From Octopus vulgaris (lineage: Eukaryota), in assembly GCA_951406725.2 (NCBI GenBank), contig OX597816.1, positions 101,804,001-101,868,000 on the forward strand: a stretch of DNA of 64,000 nucleotides, in the 5' to 3' direction. Below, one piece after another: positions 1 to 12,290 of the stretch; the stretch's first letter is position 1; every line of letters begins with the position of its first letter. The notes beneath the pieces were generated by a model. The model ran no database searches and had not been told where the DNA came from. It saw nothing but the letters and a program-made list of their open reading frames with translations. The position numbers and the translations under genes were made by a program.

Positions 1-795
1 TGACCATATTTCATAAGGCTTTTCCACATTGTTATTTCTGGTGATTGTAACCAGATTCTGTTCATATGGACTCGTTAGCTTATCGCTGTCCAGGCCCATC
101 AGATGCACTTAACTCTTCTTTCATCACCTCTAGATGTCTCACTCCCCAAACCTGTACCACTCTTCTTATTCAGAAGAGTGAGTATAAGAGTAGCAGGAGT
201 AATGATACATGATATTGTAGATCTAGTCAACTTATATTTCAGCAACACAAGAATATGGAAAGTCAAGCCTTTTATTGCTATATTTCTAATCTAATGAAAT
301 ACACTACCTTGCGTGTTTCAGTTGATTTTTAAAATAATTAAGAATTTAGAGGGATTACAACTAACTTTTTCATTATTGATATATTTAACTAGTGTTTAGC
401 ATGTAACTGAAAAGGGGTTTTTTTTCTAATTTGGAAATTTAATTTTAGTTGTCTCTATAAAGCTAGAAACCAATTATCCCAAACCTTCTGTGATAAGTGT
501 TTAATCCAGGGAACATTTACTTCCCATCCTGGAATTAAGTATCAGCTTAAGGGATGAATGTGGTTCATGAATAGATTGGATAACTGGTATTCTGTTTGAT
601 CTTGATCCATCATTGTCAATATATTTTTGGTGATTGTCTTTATTCCAGTGGTTCCTATTAAATGAAATCAAATTGAACAAGTTACACTTGACTCCAAGTG
701 TTACTGTACATTGTACTTTTTGTGTGTGTGTGTTCAATTGTGTTAAATTGGCTTAGTGAGTTGGAAAAGTAAAGGATCTTTAATTTTTATTGTAG

Positions 796-903
796 GTTAC
801 TCCAGTAAAAGATGTCACAATCCCAGAAAAGGCACAGACGACTCTTCTGTTGCAGAAACACAGTGACTTCATTGCAGCCTATGGCACAAAAAAAGATGAT
901 TAT
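796..903 (+). CDS. RABGGTB: RABGGTB coding exon 2 (first exon in window)
   Basis: tgtag|GTT...GAT TAT|gtaagt; translates [36 protein letters not shown], matching the N-terminus of animal RabGGTase beta. No ATG|gt exon was seen in 1-795, so the start exon is probably upstream. Confidence 0.93.
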
Positions 904-1025
904 GTAAGTTCAGAAGTCAATACAATTTCTCAGATTGTGACCAAAGTTAGCGTTCTAATATAAAATCACTACTGAAAGTCAAATTAATAACATTCTATTT
1001 AGATTTTCATATAACTCTGTAACGT

Positions 1026-1321
1026 ACTGGTGTCACATAAAAAAAGACCTATGCTGGTGCCACCACATAAAACACACCCATGCTGGTGTCACATATAAAG
1101 CACCCGTGCCGATGCCATGTATAAAGCACTGGTATTGGTACCATGTAAAAAGCGCCCAGTATACTGTAAAGTGGTTGGCATAAAGGAAGGGCATCCAACC
1201 ATAGAAACCATGAAAAAACAGACAATTGGAGCCAGATGTAATTCTTTAGCTTGCCAGCTCTTGTCAAACCGTCCAACCCATACCAGCATGGAAAACTAAC
1301 ATTAAATAATGATGATGATGA
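1026..1321 (+). mobile_element. RTE LINE 3'-tail fragment
   Basis: GGTG..CAC.TAAAA.GCAC modules, ggaagggcatcc, ccaacccat..agcatgg and (GAT)n tail, homologous to 13200-13450. Confidence 0.75.
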
Positions 1322-2032
1322 TTTTTGGAAATTTGTACATCACAAAGATAATGTGCAGCTTTAAATGGAAATATGTCTGATGCATATATATTGTATTCTA
1401 TATGTATGTGTATAGTATTGTGTCATTGAACATGCAGTAAGACCACTGGGAGTGATCTCCCAGTGGTCTTACTGTATGTACTAATCAAAATTCCCACCTA
1501 GAAGATTGATAATTCAAGTTCAAATTCTCAGTCTTACATATATAACATACTGTACTTCCATTTGATCACATTGATGCTTGGTTACTAAGTACACTCCTGT
1601 TGAGTTACTAATAGATATTTTCATAAATAGTTGAAATCTAGTATTTGTGATTTAAAATTGAAAATCAAAGTGTTTTGAAATTTCAAAAAATGTTACCATA
1701 GAAATATAAACACTATTACTCTTGTCATGTCTGATGGCAAACCTCAGTACTGATAATGTTTTCTCATTAATACATTTTCATCTATGATTGATACTGTATA
1801 GTCATGAAGGTCATCTGAAAATTGAATTAACTGCAAAGCTCTGAGTAATGGCTCATAACTCAGTGGTTAAATTAACCTCACTCTACTACTTATATTGAGT
1901 ACTTATCTATTCATTACCTCCAATGTATGTGTAATATATATAGAATGTGCAGATTCTTTAATTTGACATTAAAGACAGTAAGGAAAAAAATTGTTGATTG
2001 TTTTTGTACCTCTCTATGGTTTGCAATTTCAG

Positions 2033-2230
2033 GAATATTGTATCACAGAGTATCTCCGAATGAGTGGCATATACTGGGGATTGACTGCTCTTTCATTGAT
2101 GGATAAACTTGACAAAGTTGACCGAGATGAGGTGTTGGAATTTGTCAAAAAGTGTCAGCATGAAAATGGAGGCTTTTCTGCAAGTATTGGTCATGATCCT
2201 CACCTGCTTTACACACTAAGTGCTGTACAG
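2033..2230 (+). CDS. RABGGTB: RABGGTB exon 3
   Basis: ttcag|GAA...CAG|gtact; [20 protein letters not shown]...[14 protein letters not shown]; 198 nt, phase 0/0. Confidence 0.96.
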
Positions 2231-2489
2231 GTACTATTGCATAACGTTTACACATTGCTTTTTATTCTAGATAATAATTGTATGTTATATTGTTTATTAA
2301 TACATTGAATGATATGTAGGTTGTTAGATGTATGTAGTTTATATACTGTGTACTGTATCAATAGTATCATGGGTAGTTTGCTGACCAAGTGTCATGTGAA
2401 TTGTTCAGTATTGCAGGTTTTGTTCTATTAAATTTAAACTACTACATGATATGGAGAAAGTGTAGTATGTAAATATGATGTATATTCAA

Positions 2490-2770
2490 TGCATAGATAA
2501 TGTGGTGTGGTTTACATATCACATAATGTGTAGATAGTCTGATATATGGTTTACACACAATATATTATAGATAGATAGTAGTTTACACACCAGGTAATGT
2601 GTAAATAGTTTAGTCACACACAACATAATGTATAGATAGACTGGTGTATGATTCATATACACCACATAATGTGTAGATAGTTCAGTGTACAGTTTATACA
2701 CAATTTATAGATAGTATGATGTATAGTATACATACAACATAATGTATAGATAATGTGGTGTATAAAGTTG
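2490..2770. repeat. Degenerate minisatellite in RABGGTB intron 3
   Basis: Recurrent cataatgtgtagatag...gtttacacac units of roughly 40 bp. Confidence 0.5.
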
Positions 2771-3002
2771 TGTTTAATTTCTGTTCAAACTCTTCATAAT
2801 TACATTGCTGTTGTATTTCGTTATAGGAAAACAAATCTTCCTTTAAGACAAATGTGTGTTCATAATATACGTGATTCATTAGTATAGTGAACTTCAGGAC
2901 ACTCACTGTTTCAACATGGTTTTGTCTTAGCCACGGCCACCCTGGAGTTATAAACCTAACAATAGATCATGGCTCTTGTTTATAGTTTATAGTATGATGT
3001 AT

Positions 3003-3208
3003 TCTGATATCTGCCAACCTTATGTACCGATAGCAAAATGATGACTTACATATTCATTCTTAATACATTCCAGCAGATTTGAATGTGAATATGTTAATTG
3101 CTGTTGTGTTTCATCAAAGGAGAACAACTTGCCCTTTTAAAACAAATGTGTATTCATAGCATTCACTGTTCATTGTGCATATGACAATTATCAGTTGGCA
3201 AATATCAG
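3003..3208. mobile_element. Old MITE-like element
   Basis: Inverted ends ctgatatctgccaac ... gttggcaaatatcag (one mismatch); its interior partly resembles 2805-2865. Confidence 0.45.
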
Positions 3209-3594
3209 CAAATAAGTATCAAATCTTTGATGCTTTTACATTTTATCACATTTCCCTTTCTGAGAGTCTTAAGTCAAGTAAGTTGATTGAATGTCAGATC
3301 ACTAACCATAAAGTATATGGTCCATTGGTCCAGATCTCAGTCATTTAGGTTAAGAGAAGAGGAAGGCATTTTATAATTGACTAATATTTCATTAGCTAGC
3401 AATGCTGAATTCAAATAATCCTCTTACAAAATTGCACGGGAATAAGACAAGGAATTACTCATTTGTCAACTCCCTTGAATCACTATATGAAGATTAAGTA
3501 TTGTGTTGTGTCTAAACATTGTTACTACTATAGTTATATTTTACCAGTGTATGTATGTGTCATTAGCTGCATTTGTTATGCTTTTCCTTTGCAG

Positions 3595-3700
3595 ATCCTT
3601 ACACTTTATGGTACCACAGACACAGTGAAAACTGCTAAAATTGTAGAGTATGTGAAAGGTTTGCAACAGGAAGATGGCAGCTTTATTGGAGACAAATGGG
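3595..3700 (+). CDS. RABGGTB: RABGGTB exon 4
   Basis: tgcag|ATC...TGG G|gtgagt; ILTLYG...YVKGLQQEDGSFIGDKWG. Confidence 0.95.
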
Positions 3701-3732
3701 GTGAGTAGTTCAATATTTCTGGATTAGCATAA

Positions 3733-3918
3733 GGCAATGAGCTGGCAGAATTGTGAACACATTGAGCAAAATTTATGTTCTAAGTTCAAATTCTGCCAAA
3801 GTTGACTTTGCATTTCATCCTTTTGGAGTCAATAAGATAAGTACCAGTCAATCACTGGGGTCAAAAGTTATCCCTTCCCCCAAACTTGCTGGTCTTGTGC
3901 CAAAATTTGAAACCAGTT
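3733..3918 (+). mobile_element. SINE with 17-bp target-site duplication
   Basis: A-box/B-box-like head (gagctggcagaa, gttcaaattc); direct repeat tttctggattagcataa at 3716-3732 and 3919-3935; same family as 9811-10017. Confidence 0.8.
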
Positions 3919-4849
3919 TTTCTGGATTAGCATAACCAGCAGAGCACAAGTATTTAATTACAGCCCTTTATGTTCTGATTTTAATTCTTATCAAACTCAA
4001 ATTTACTTTACATTGCATCCTTAAGAATGGATAAAATACCAGTCAACTGTTAGGTTATTATAATTGACATTATCCACCCACAGAAATCAGTAATCTGCTC
4101 CTGCCCCTCCTCCTCACTGTTATTATTAAACAGATAGGCTACACCATGAGTTTGGTCTTTGGTTTCTTGTTTGCAGCATTCTGCTACACCTGTAGCAAGA
4201 GCACTTAACTTGAGAAAGATCCTACAAAATTAGCTGTAAATAGGGTACAGCACAGTCAGAAAAATTCGTCTCTCTAAGCAACAGCAGTATAAAATTTAAA
4301 AAATGGTTCATTAACATGCAATGATGGATTTAAGAATTCTTTTGTGTGTAATGACTTGGAAAAAGATAGGCTCTGCCAGATTGATATTATTCTCTGTGTG
4401 TGTGTGTGCATAAATTAATGAAATATATGTTTGTGAATATTGGAAAATATAGCCATATTTTTTAATGGATATGTATAGAAAAAGCGGCCAAATTTGCCCT
4501 AAATCATATTCTACCATCTCAAATTAAGAAGGACACATTGGATAAATAAAGGCTGAATAAAGAGTTGGAGCACCTTTGATGATAGGTAAACTTAATCAGT
4601 GTTAAACAGTAATAACAACTACTGGAACTCATTAAATCAATAGTACTTAATGTGCATAAAAAATAGGAATTATCTGATATATAAAAAAGGAATTTGTATG
4701 TATGTGCTTTTGGATAATACCATACTAAATTCTGGCACCTTTAACTTAAGTACTATATTCAACTGAATCTAAATTTTACTGAACTTATATATATGCACAC
4801 ACATACACACACATGGTGAATGCCATAAATGCAGAGGTCATGTGAAGGA

Positions 4850-5140
4850 AAAAATGAAGCTAGCAAGTTCCATTAGATCTGCAACATACGTGAGCATGTA
4901 TGAGAAAATGCAAATGGTTTGAAAGGAAAATTGAATATAAAGGGTATCAGGCATAGTGTGCAAGAGAGAAAACTGTACTGGTATGGTTATGTGATGCATA
5001 AAGTGCAGATTGTTAAATGTGGATGGAACCTGTGGAAGAGGGAGACCTAGGAAGATGTAGGAGGAATTAAGTGAAGATCAACCTCAGGACATTGAGCATC
5101 ACAGAGATGACAAAGGACCAAGTTGATTTGCAATCTGAGA
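4850..5140 (+). mobile_element. Degenerate RTE LINE fragment (end of ORF)
   Basis: gtgcaagagagaaaactgtactggtatgg...ggaacctgtggaagagggagacctaggaag, homologous to 12384-12560. Confidence 0.7.
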
Positions 5141-5591
5141 CTTGTTGCATGCAGTGCTCTTTCTTCTCCTCTCTTTTTTCTTCTCCCTCCCTCTCTCTGC
5201 CTTGCTCTGTGTCTCATTCTGTCTTTGTCTCTCTCTCACATGCACACACACTCACACACAGTAAGTAGTTATTCATTGATGCACTGAATAGTAAAATTTT
5301 TAATTCTAACTCTGGACCATATTACTGTGTAGCATCTGCTTACAGTTTGGTGGACTTATATGCTGGCTGCTGATGCAGTGGTTAATGACTTATCAAATAT
5401 AAGCTACCAGCTTCTCAATATGGCTACTTGTGTTCTCCCTCCCCTTTATTTTACCAGAAACCAAAATGGTTATGGGATCGTCATTTTTTCTTCAGATTAA
5501 TTTATCAAGAATGTGATGTGATATCCAACATTTGCCATGTATGATAATATACTCACAATTTTTTATTTTTTTTATTTTTGTCTTTTTCTAG

Positions 5592-5644
5592 GTGAAGTAG
5601 ACTCTCGATTTTGTTTCTGTGCTGTAGCTACATTAAAGTTGTTG
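5592..5644 (+). CDS. RABGGTB: RABGGTB exon 5
   Basis: tctag|GT GAA GTA GAC...TTG|gtaagt; (G)EVDSRFCFCAVATLKLL; restores phase 0. Confidence 0.94.
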
Positions 5645-5869
5645 GTAAGTTTCCTCACCACATAACATTAGTTCTGTTTTTGTCTCTGTGTTGTTGGTAC
5701 ATGAAAACTGTTAATATGCTTCTCAATAATGCTGTTGTCATTCTGAACTCTCTGTGATGCCTGAGATTCTGCATGGATTTGCTCTTGGTCCCATGCTGTT
5801 TGTTGTTAAAATACACAAACAATATTAAGCTTTACTTTTAAATAAAAAGAATAGTTCCCGTACACTCTA

Positions 5870-6615
5870 GATCTTTTCCTCAAACTATAGATGCACAAGA
5901 GATGCAGTAGGATTACTAGCAGGCTAACAAAGATATGAAGCAGATGCACAAAGAGTAGTTAGAAACAAGAACACCCATGAAATAAATTCTTTCAAATGCC
6001 ATAGAAAGTTTCTGTTGCTTAACCAGGAGATTTAACCTTTTGGCATTTAAACTGGCCATATCTGGCCAAAAATGACCCTATAGTGTCATTCCAAAACTAA
6101 ACAATCACATCATCAAAATCTCAAAGCTCTGAGATAATGGATGATTAATTCAAAACAATTTGACAGAATAATGTGAATGCTAACGAGTTAATCAGCTGTG
6201 TTTTGAATGCTTAATATTTAAAGTAAGAACTGAGAGGAAAAAGTTCAGGGAACTATTACTTCTGCTGGCAACAAAGGGATTCTCTCTAGAGTGAAAGAGG
6301 TATTGTATGAGGCTTGTGTATAGAGTGTGATATTACATGCGATCAGAATATAGGTATTGATTGTGGAGGATATGTGGAAAGTGAAAACAAGCATACTTTG
6401 CCTTATGAAGTGTGATGTTAGTACGTATGAATAATAGAGGACATATGACCTGAGGAAAGAAAATCCTTGATGTAAAAGGAGTCAGATGTAGTGTACAAGA
6501 GCAAAGACAGAACTGGTATGAATATGTGCTGTATATGGAGGATGATATTGGATAAAGAAGAACTAAATGAATCAAGTGGGAAGAACTCATAGAAAAAGAA
6601 AACTAAGACATTGGA
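5870..6615 (+). mobile_element. Degenerate RTE LINE fragment interrupted by a TTAA MITE
   Basis: Homologous to the RT C-terminal region of the 23422-25575 element (AKFRELLPLL..KG, QERR..WY). Confidence 0.6.
6032..6191. mobile_element. piggyBac-like non-autonomous element (TTAA flanks)
   Basis: ttaa-ccttttggcatt ... aatgctaacgag-ttaa; related copies at ~47718-47915 and ~55075-55265. Confidence 0.55.
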
Positions 6616-6734
6616 AGAAACGGTACTATCTCCACTTAAATATGGATATTCTGTTAGAATAAACTATACTGCTGTAGATACTATGGTAGAAACTCTCATA
6701 TTAGCTTTTGATGCAAAAGGCACTCTTGTTTATA

Positions 6735-6852
6735 TCGCTGGGTTCAGTCCCACTGTGTGGCACCTTGGGCAAGTGTCTTCTACTATAGCCTAGGGCCGAC
6801 CAAAGCCTTGTGAGTGGATTTGGTAGATGGAAACTGAAAGAAGCCTGTCGTA

Positions 6853-6909
<57 letters not shown>

Positions 6910-7117
6910 ATATGTTTGTGTGTCTGTGTTTGTCCCCCTAGCATAGCTTGACAACCGATGCTGGTGTGTTTATGTCCCCATCACTTAGCAGTTCGGCAAA
7001 AAGAGACCGATAGAATAAGTACTGGGCTTACAAAGAATAAGTCCCGGGGTCAAGTTGCTCGATTAAAGGTGATGCTCCAGCATGGCCACAGTCAAATGAC
7101 TGAGACAAGTAAAAGAG
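6735..7117 (+). mobile_element. SINE-like repeat with internal (TA)n
   Basis: gggttcagtcccactg..ggcaccttgggcaagtgtcttctactatagc..ggaaactgaaagaagcc; related copies at 46853-47000 (+), 51020-51180 (-) and 63615-63775 (-). Confidence 0.7.
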
Positions 7118-7689
7118 TAATATCAAAACCACCAGGTAACATGATTTTGACCTTCTTTAGTCTTGTCAATGACATGCTTGACCACTAGAGATAGCAGCGA
7201 TTCGTCTCCCCACCAGCAATATATAGAAAACCAGTGCCAGATCAGACACTAGTGTCGCAATTAGCCTAATACTGCCTCTGTTGCTAATATATATTGGAAG
7301 AAGTGGTGAATGCTGCTCACAAAGAAAATAATGAGAAACTACAAGCGGTGAGATGTTTTCCTAGAAAGTATGGAGAAAAAAAAATGCAGACATTATATAA
7401 TGATGATAATGATAGATGGCAGAATCAGTGAAGTATTCAACAAAAATACTCTGCAGTGTTTAGTTACATTCCAGGATAGTAGGCTTTGTTTTCAGCCTTC
7501 TGAATATTGCATTACATCTTACTTCACATCTACTCTTTTTAACCTCACATCTCATATCACTTATATCACAATCATCCTTATAAATCTCATCTCTCCATAT
7601 TGCCACTACATCACTTCTTCTCATCTTATAATAACTTTACCTTACACATACTCAGACCAACCTTTCATTTCACTTTCCTTCTTCCAAAG

Positions 7690-7800
7690 GGCAAGTTAGA
7701 TGCAATTGATGTAGACAAAACAATCCAGTTTGTCCTCAGCTGTATGAACTTTGATGGGGGATTTGGTAGCCGTCCTGATAGTGAATCACATTCTGGACAG
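7690..7800 (+). CDS. RABGGTB: RABGGTB exon 6
   Basis: caaag|GGC...CAG|gtaggt; [37 protein letters not shown]. Confidence 0.95.
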
Positions 7801-8369
7801 GTAGGTACAATATCTTTATTGTTATTGTCAACATTATCTTCAACACAGCATGTCTTGACTCTTTCATTATACAAAAAAAAATAAAACGTGAATTCATAAG
7901 CTGCACCTCAAAGTTTACAAGATAATTTTTTTGAATTTTAGAAAAATAATTTTCTACAATTTAACTAAAATTTTACCAAAAGCATTTTTATTTGACTTTT
8001 TCTTTCTTCTCTATTGGAATGCAATTTAGCTTCCATCATTGATTGTGCAAGATTTCACATAGTTGTCATTATCTCATGATCAAGTTTCATGTAAAAGAAA
8101 CAATAAATTTGAAAATCCTTTATTAGCTGTGCAACTGTTAAATTGCTGAAATTTATGACATCTTATAAAAGTTTTATCAAATTTGTTAATGAGAACCAAT
8201 TTTACCAAAACAAAAAAAAAAGGGTGATTAACTTCAGTACCTTCACTCACACTACATGTGTTGACTACCATATATACACAGCATAATATTTCCAGACTGC
8301 TATGCTACACCTTACACAATATACCTAGGTTTCCACACCACACTAGGACATAATCTACATTGAATGCTG

Positions 8370-8590
8370 TACCAGGGTGTGCTGAAAAGTTCCTGGCTTC
8401 AAGGATATCATGAAAGGCCTAGCTGGAGGCCCAACCTTCTGAGTTCTTCTACAGGGCTTAGAAAAACTGAAGGACCACTGCAATAAGCGCGTGAATCTGA
8501 GAGAGGAATATGTTGAATAAAATCATAATTAACCGATCCTCCTGTATTTTCTTTTACCCGAAGCCAGGAGCTTTTCAGCACCCACTGATA
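8370..8590 (+). mobile_element. Mariner deletion derivative (MITE)
   Basis: TA-flanked ~27-bp TIRs (cagggtgtgctgaaaagttcctggctt / aagccaggagcttttcagcacccactg); interior retains the transposase C-terminus GLEKLKDHCNKRVNLREEYVE*. Confidence 0.85.
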
Positions 8591-9031
8591 TTAAACTCTA
8601 CTCAATCTAACTTTACTGCTACCCTTTAATCTCATATAAAGGGTAACAGTACAAAGTGTAGAGTAAAGTATCTCCCATCTCCCATGCTGTACTCTACACA
8701 CCATACCCACACTACCATGTGATATGCTGACACCATACACACACTGTCATACAGAATATATCCACAGTACAGCACTATATCTTACACAGCATACCCTGAC
8801 CACCACACTACACTCTATACAACATATCTGCTACACTCTACCCCAAACAACATACCTAAACGACTACACTTCAGCTTATACAGTGTATGAAATGCATTCA
8901 TGTCACAGATACATCATACACTCAACTTACACACATTACATACACATATATATTCACTCATATATTACCCACTTTACACATGCAAAACACACACACATGG
9001 AGTTGTAACTATTGATATATCTTCATTGCAG

Positions 9032-9143
9032 ATTTACTGCTGTGTTGGGTTACTGGCTATCACAGGTAAACTACACCATGTCAATGCTGATATGTTAGGC
9101 TGGTGGTTGTGTGAGAGACAGTTACCTTCTGGAGGACTGAATG
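9032..9143 (+). CDS. RABGGTB: RABGGTB exon 7
   Basis: tgcag|ATT...AAT G|gtaagt; [37 protein letters not shown]. Confidence 0.95.
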
Positions 9144-9659
9144 GTAAGTATTAATCCTGCCATCACAATTTGTTAACTGTTACACAAGCCAGTGAGAGAG
9201 TGTCAAAAATAATCCTTCAAATCATTCCCTGCCATCTTAAATAAGGAGAGGAAATACTGGATAATATAGTCCTACATATCCTAAAAACAAATGGGTATGT
9301 TTACAGCTGGGTATGTTCAATCAGGGTTTATGTACAGTTAAACAATAACTGTTAATACTGACAATGAGAACAATAAATCCCAATACTTATTTGACTAACC
9401 TTGAAAGGGCAAAAGGCAAATTAGACGTATTTCTTTACTTTTATAATACATCATAGTAATAATCTTATTTTGACATTAGTTACACATTAAACAATATAAG
9501 AATAAAAAAAAAATAGCATTGACGCCTTGTTGACAGGAATATGTAGTGATATCAAATCTACAAGATTATAGAAGAAAATATTAAACTGAATGTCACATGC
9601 ACCATAATGAATTTGTAAAATTCCATCCAGAAATTGATTTACATTCTCACATAACCTAA

Positions 9660-10017
<358 letters not shown>

Positions 10018-11366
10018 ATTATTATTATTGTGACTATAGTAGAGATTATTGTTATTATTGTGCCTATAGTACAAATTATTAGTATTATCATTCAACTACT
10101 ACCGTAGTTGAATAATGTTCTTTAGGCCACAATTTAATCACATGCAGCATCTGCCAGAGCTTTGTCGCTAATTCAGTTCTTAACCAAATTGAAAACTGTT
10201 AACATTTTTGAAGAGGACTGGTCCCTATTTTGATATGAAAAAATTGAGATTTGGTCCAGTAGAAAAAAGTTTACATCAAAATTTGTAGCAACATTATAGG
10301 AGAGTAAGTAATGCCTCCAGTGAAGTTATATCTAAATAATTTTTTTTATCTTAGCTTCAATGATAGAAGAAAGCATGAGAAATTTCATAGTTTTGGTCCC
10401 ATGCAACAAAAATTTGTATTAAAAAAAAATTGTAAGCTTAAATGATAGAGCTCAATTCAAGGAATTTCATATCAATCTCATGGGATCAATAAAATAAGTA
10501 CCAGTTGAGCACTAAGGTTGATCTAATCAACTAGCCCCCTACCCCGTCAAAATTTCAGACTTTGTGTTTGAAGTAGAAAGAAATATAATTTTTATTGGTG
10601 AGTGGAACTGATTTTAAAAACTAACCTCTGAAATTCTCTTTTTTTTTTTAAAAAGAAAAAACCATGCATGCAATTATTTCAGTTTCTTTGACTTCTAATT
10701 TTATTGACTTCAGTAAAACTAATTACCAGTGTTTTATGGGGTTTTAAAGAGTTAACTGATCGAGGAAAGTGTTATATGGGTTCTCATGTTTAAATTCTTG
10801 TCCAAAATATTTAACTTTCAGAATTTTATCTGTGGTAATATATACTTTGTCTCACTCCCCATATAAGTCCATTGGCAACATGGTTTATGGTAGAAACGTC
10901 TTTTGATGCTGCTTCTGTTGTTGTTGTGGTTACAAGAGCTAATAATGTCTGTGGACTGTGCACTTGTTAACACACTCACTCACAACAATGTTTACAGTTA
11001 GAACTGTTGTCGTAGGATATCCCCAAGTACCTCCTACATAAATAAATTTATAATACAAATTAGCTGATCATACAGACCATTTGACTAAAGTTTATTTTAT
11101 CTATAGCCATAACATCTTTATTGTGAAACATGTTCAACAAATTAGATTGAAAACATTTTGAGGGAATTTATCTATCTGTTACACATTCAAACCACAAGAT
11201 TATATAGGAGCTCCTTCACTGGTTCATTTTATAATAGCTATTTGTTGTTGGAGTGGTGGTAGTAGTAGTAGTAGTAATCCCTGTTGTTTGTGAAACAGTT
11301 AAATGACGGTTTACAGACAAAATAGTTACATTTTTAAATTTATTTATTACATTTTTTTTATTTCAG

Positions 11367-11441
11367 GAAAAATTAGTTCGGTTTATCCTTGCATGCCAGG
11401 ATGATGAAACTGGTGGCTTTTCTGACAGACCTGGTGATACA
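11367..11441 (+). CDS. RABGGTB: RABGGTB exon 9
   Basis: ttcag|GAA...ACA|gtatgt; [25 protein letters not shown]. Confidence 0.95.
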
Positions 11442-11960
11442 GTATGTTTAATATTTTTTTATTTCTTTTTTCTTTTGAGTTGATACCATAAGCTGAAAGT
11501 ATCATAGTATAAAAGAGCTTCTCTCAGTTTTCTGTGTACTAAATAGTCATAAGAGGGTAATTCTTCTCTGTGATAGAACAGTCTATTTTAGATTTCAACC
11601 AATAGGATCCTAACACAAGGAGCTAAATCAAAGAAACACCTGTCTATTATACAAGGGCCTCTAGCTATAGAATATATGCCTCAACAACTTCCATCTAACA
11701 CATGGAAGCATGGAAAAGTGGACATGAAATGATGGTTTTATATATATATATATATGATAATATTAGGGAGTAAATCCAAACTTACAGGGAAAAATTAGAT
11801 TTAGGATTAAATCTAATTTTATAGTATAAAGATATATATATATATATTATATTAAATTAGAGATAAAACCACTATTAGGCAAATCAAACAGTGAAAATCA
11901 TAAACCAATACATAGAAATAAAATTAATTAAAAAATATATAAAGTTTATATTTATATATA

Positions 11961-11994
<34 letters not shown>

Positions 11995-12003
11995 ATGTAT
12001 ATT

Positions 12004-12260
12004 GAGGCGTGTGGCTTAGTGTTTAGGGTGTCAGCGCCATGATCGTAAGATTGTGGTTTCGATTCCTGGACCGGGCGACGCGTTGTGTTCTTGAGCAAAA
12101 CACTTCATTTCACGTTGCTCCAGTCCACTCAGCTGGCAAAAATGAGTAATGTTGCAATGGACTGGCATCCCGTCCAGCTGGGGAACACATACGCCATTGG
12201 AACCGGGAAACCGGACCCATGAGCCTGGCTAGGCTTTAAAAGGGCGCATTTATTTTATTA
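12004..12260 (+). mobile_element. tRNA-derived SINE
   Basis: A box tggcttagtgtt, B box ggtttcgattcc, core tgtgttcttgagcaaaacactt; copies at 41470-41622 (-) and 51953-52180 (+). Confidence 0.8.
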
Positions 12261-12290
12261 TGTCTATGTATATATATCACCATGATATAT

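Noticed and set aside
490-625. Two loose hairpins resembling an H/ACA snoRNA
   Set aside because: No proper ANANNA hinge or terminal ACA box.
7193-7320. Imperfect long hairpin ending near ACA
   Set aside because: Pairing is poor; more likely a decayed inverted repeat.
12004-12080. tRNA gene (also 29188 and 51953)
   Set aside because: No complete acceptor stem; continues into a SINE body present in several copies.
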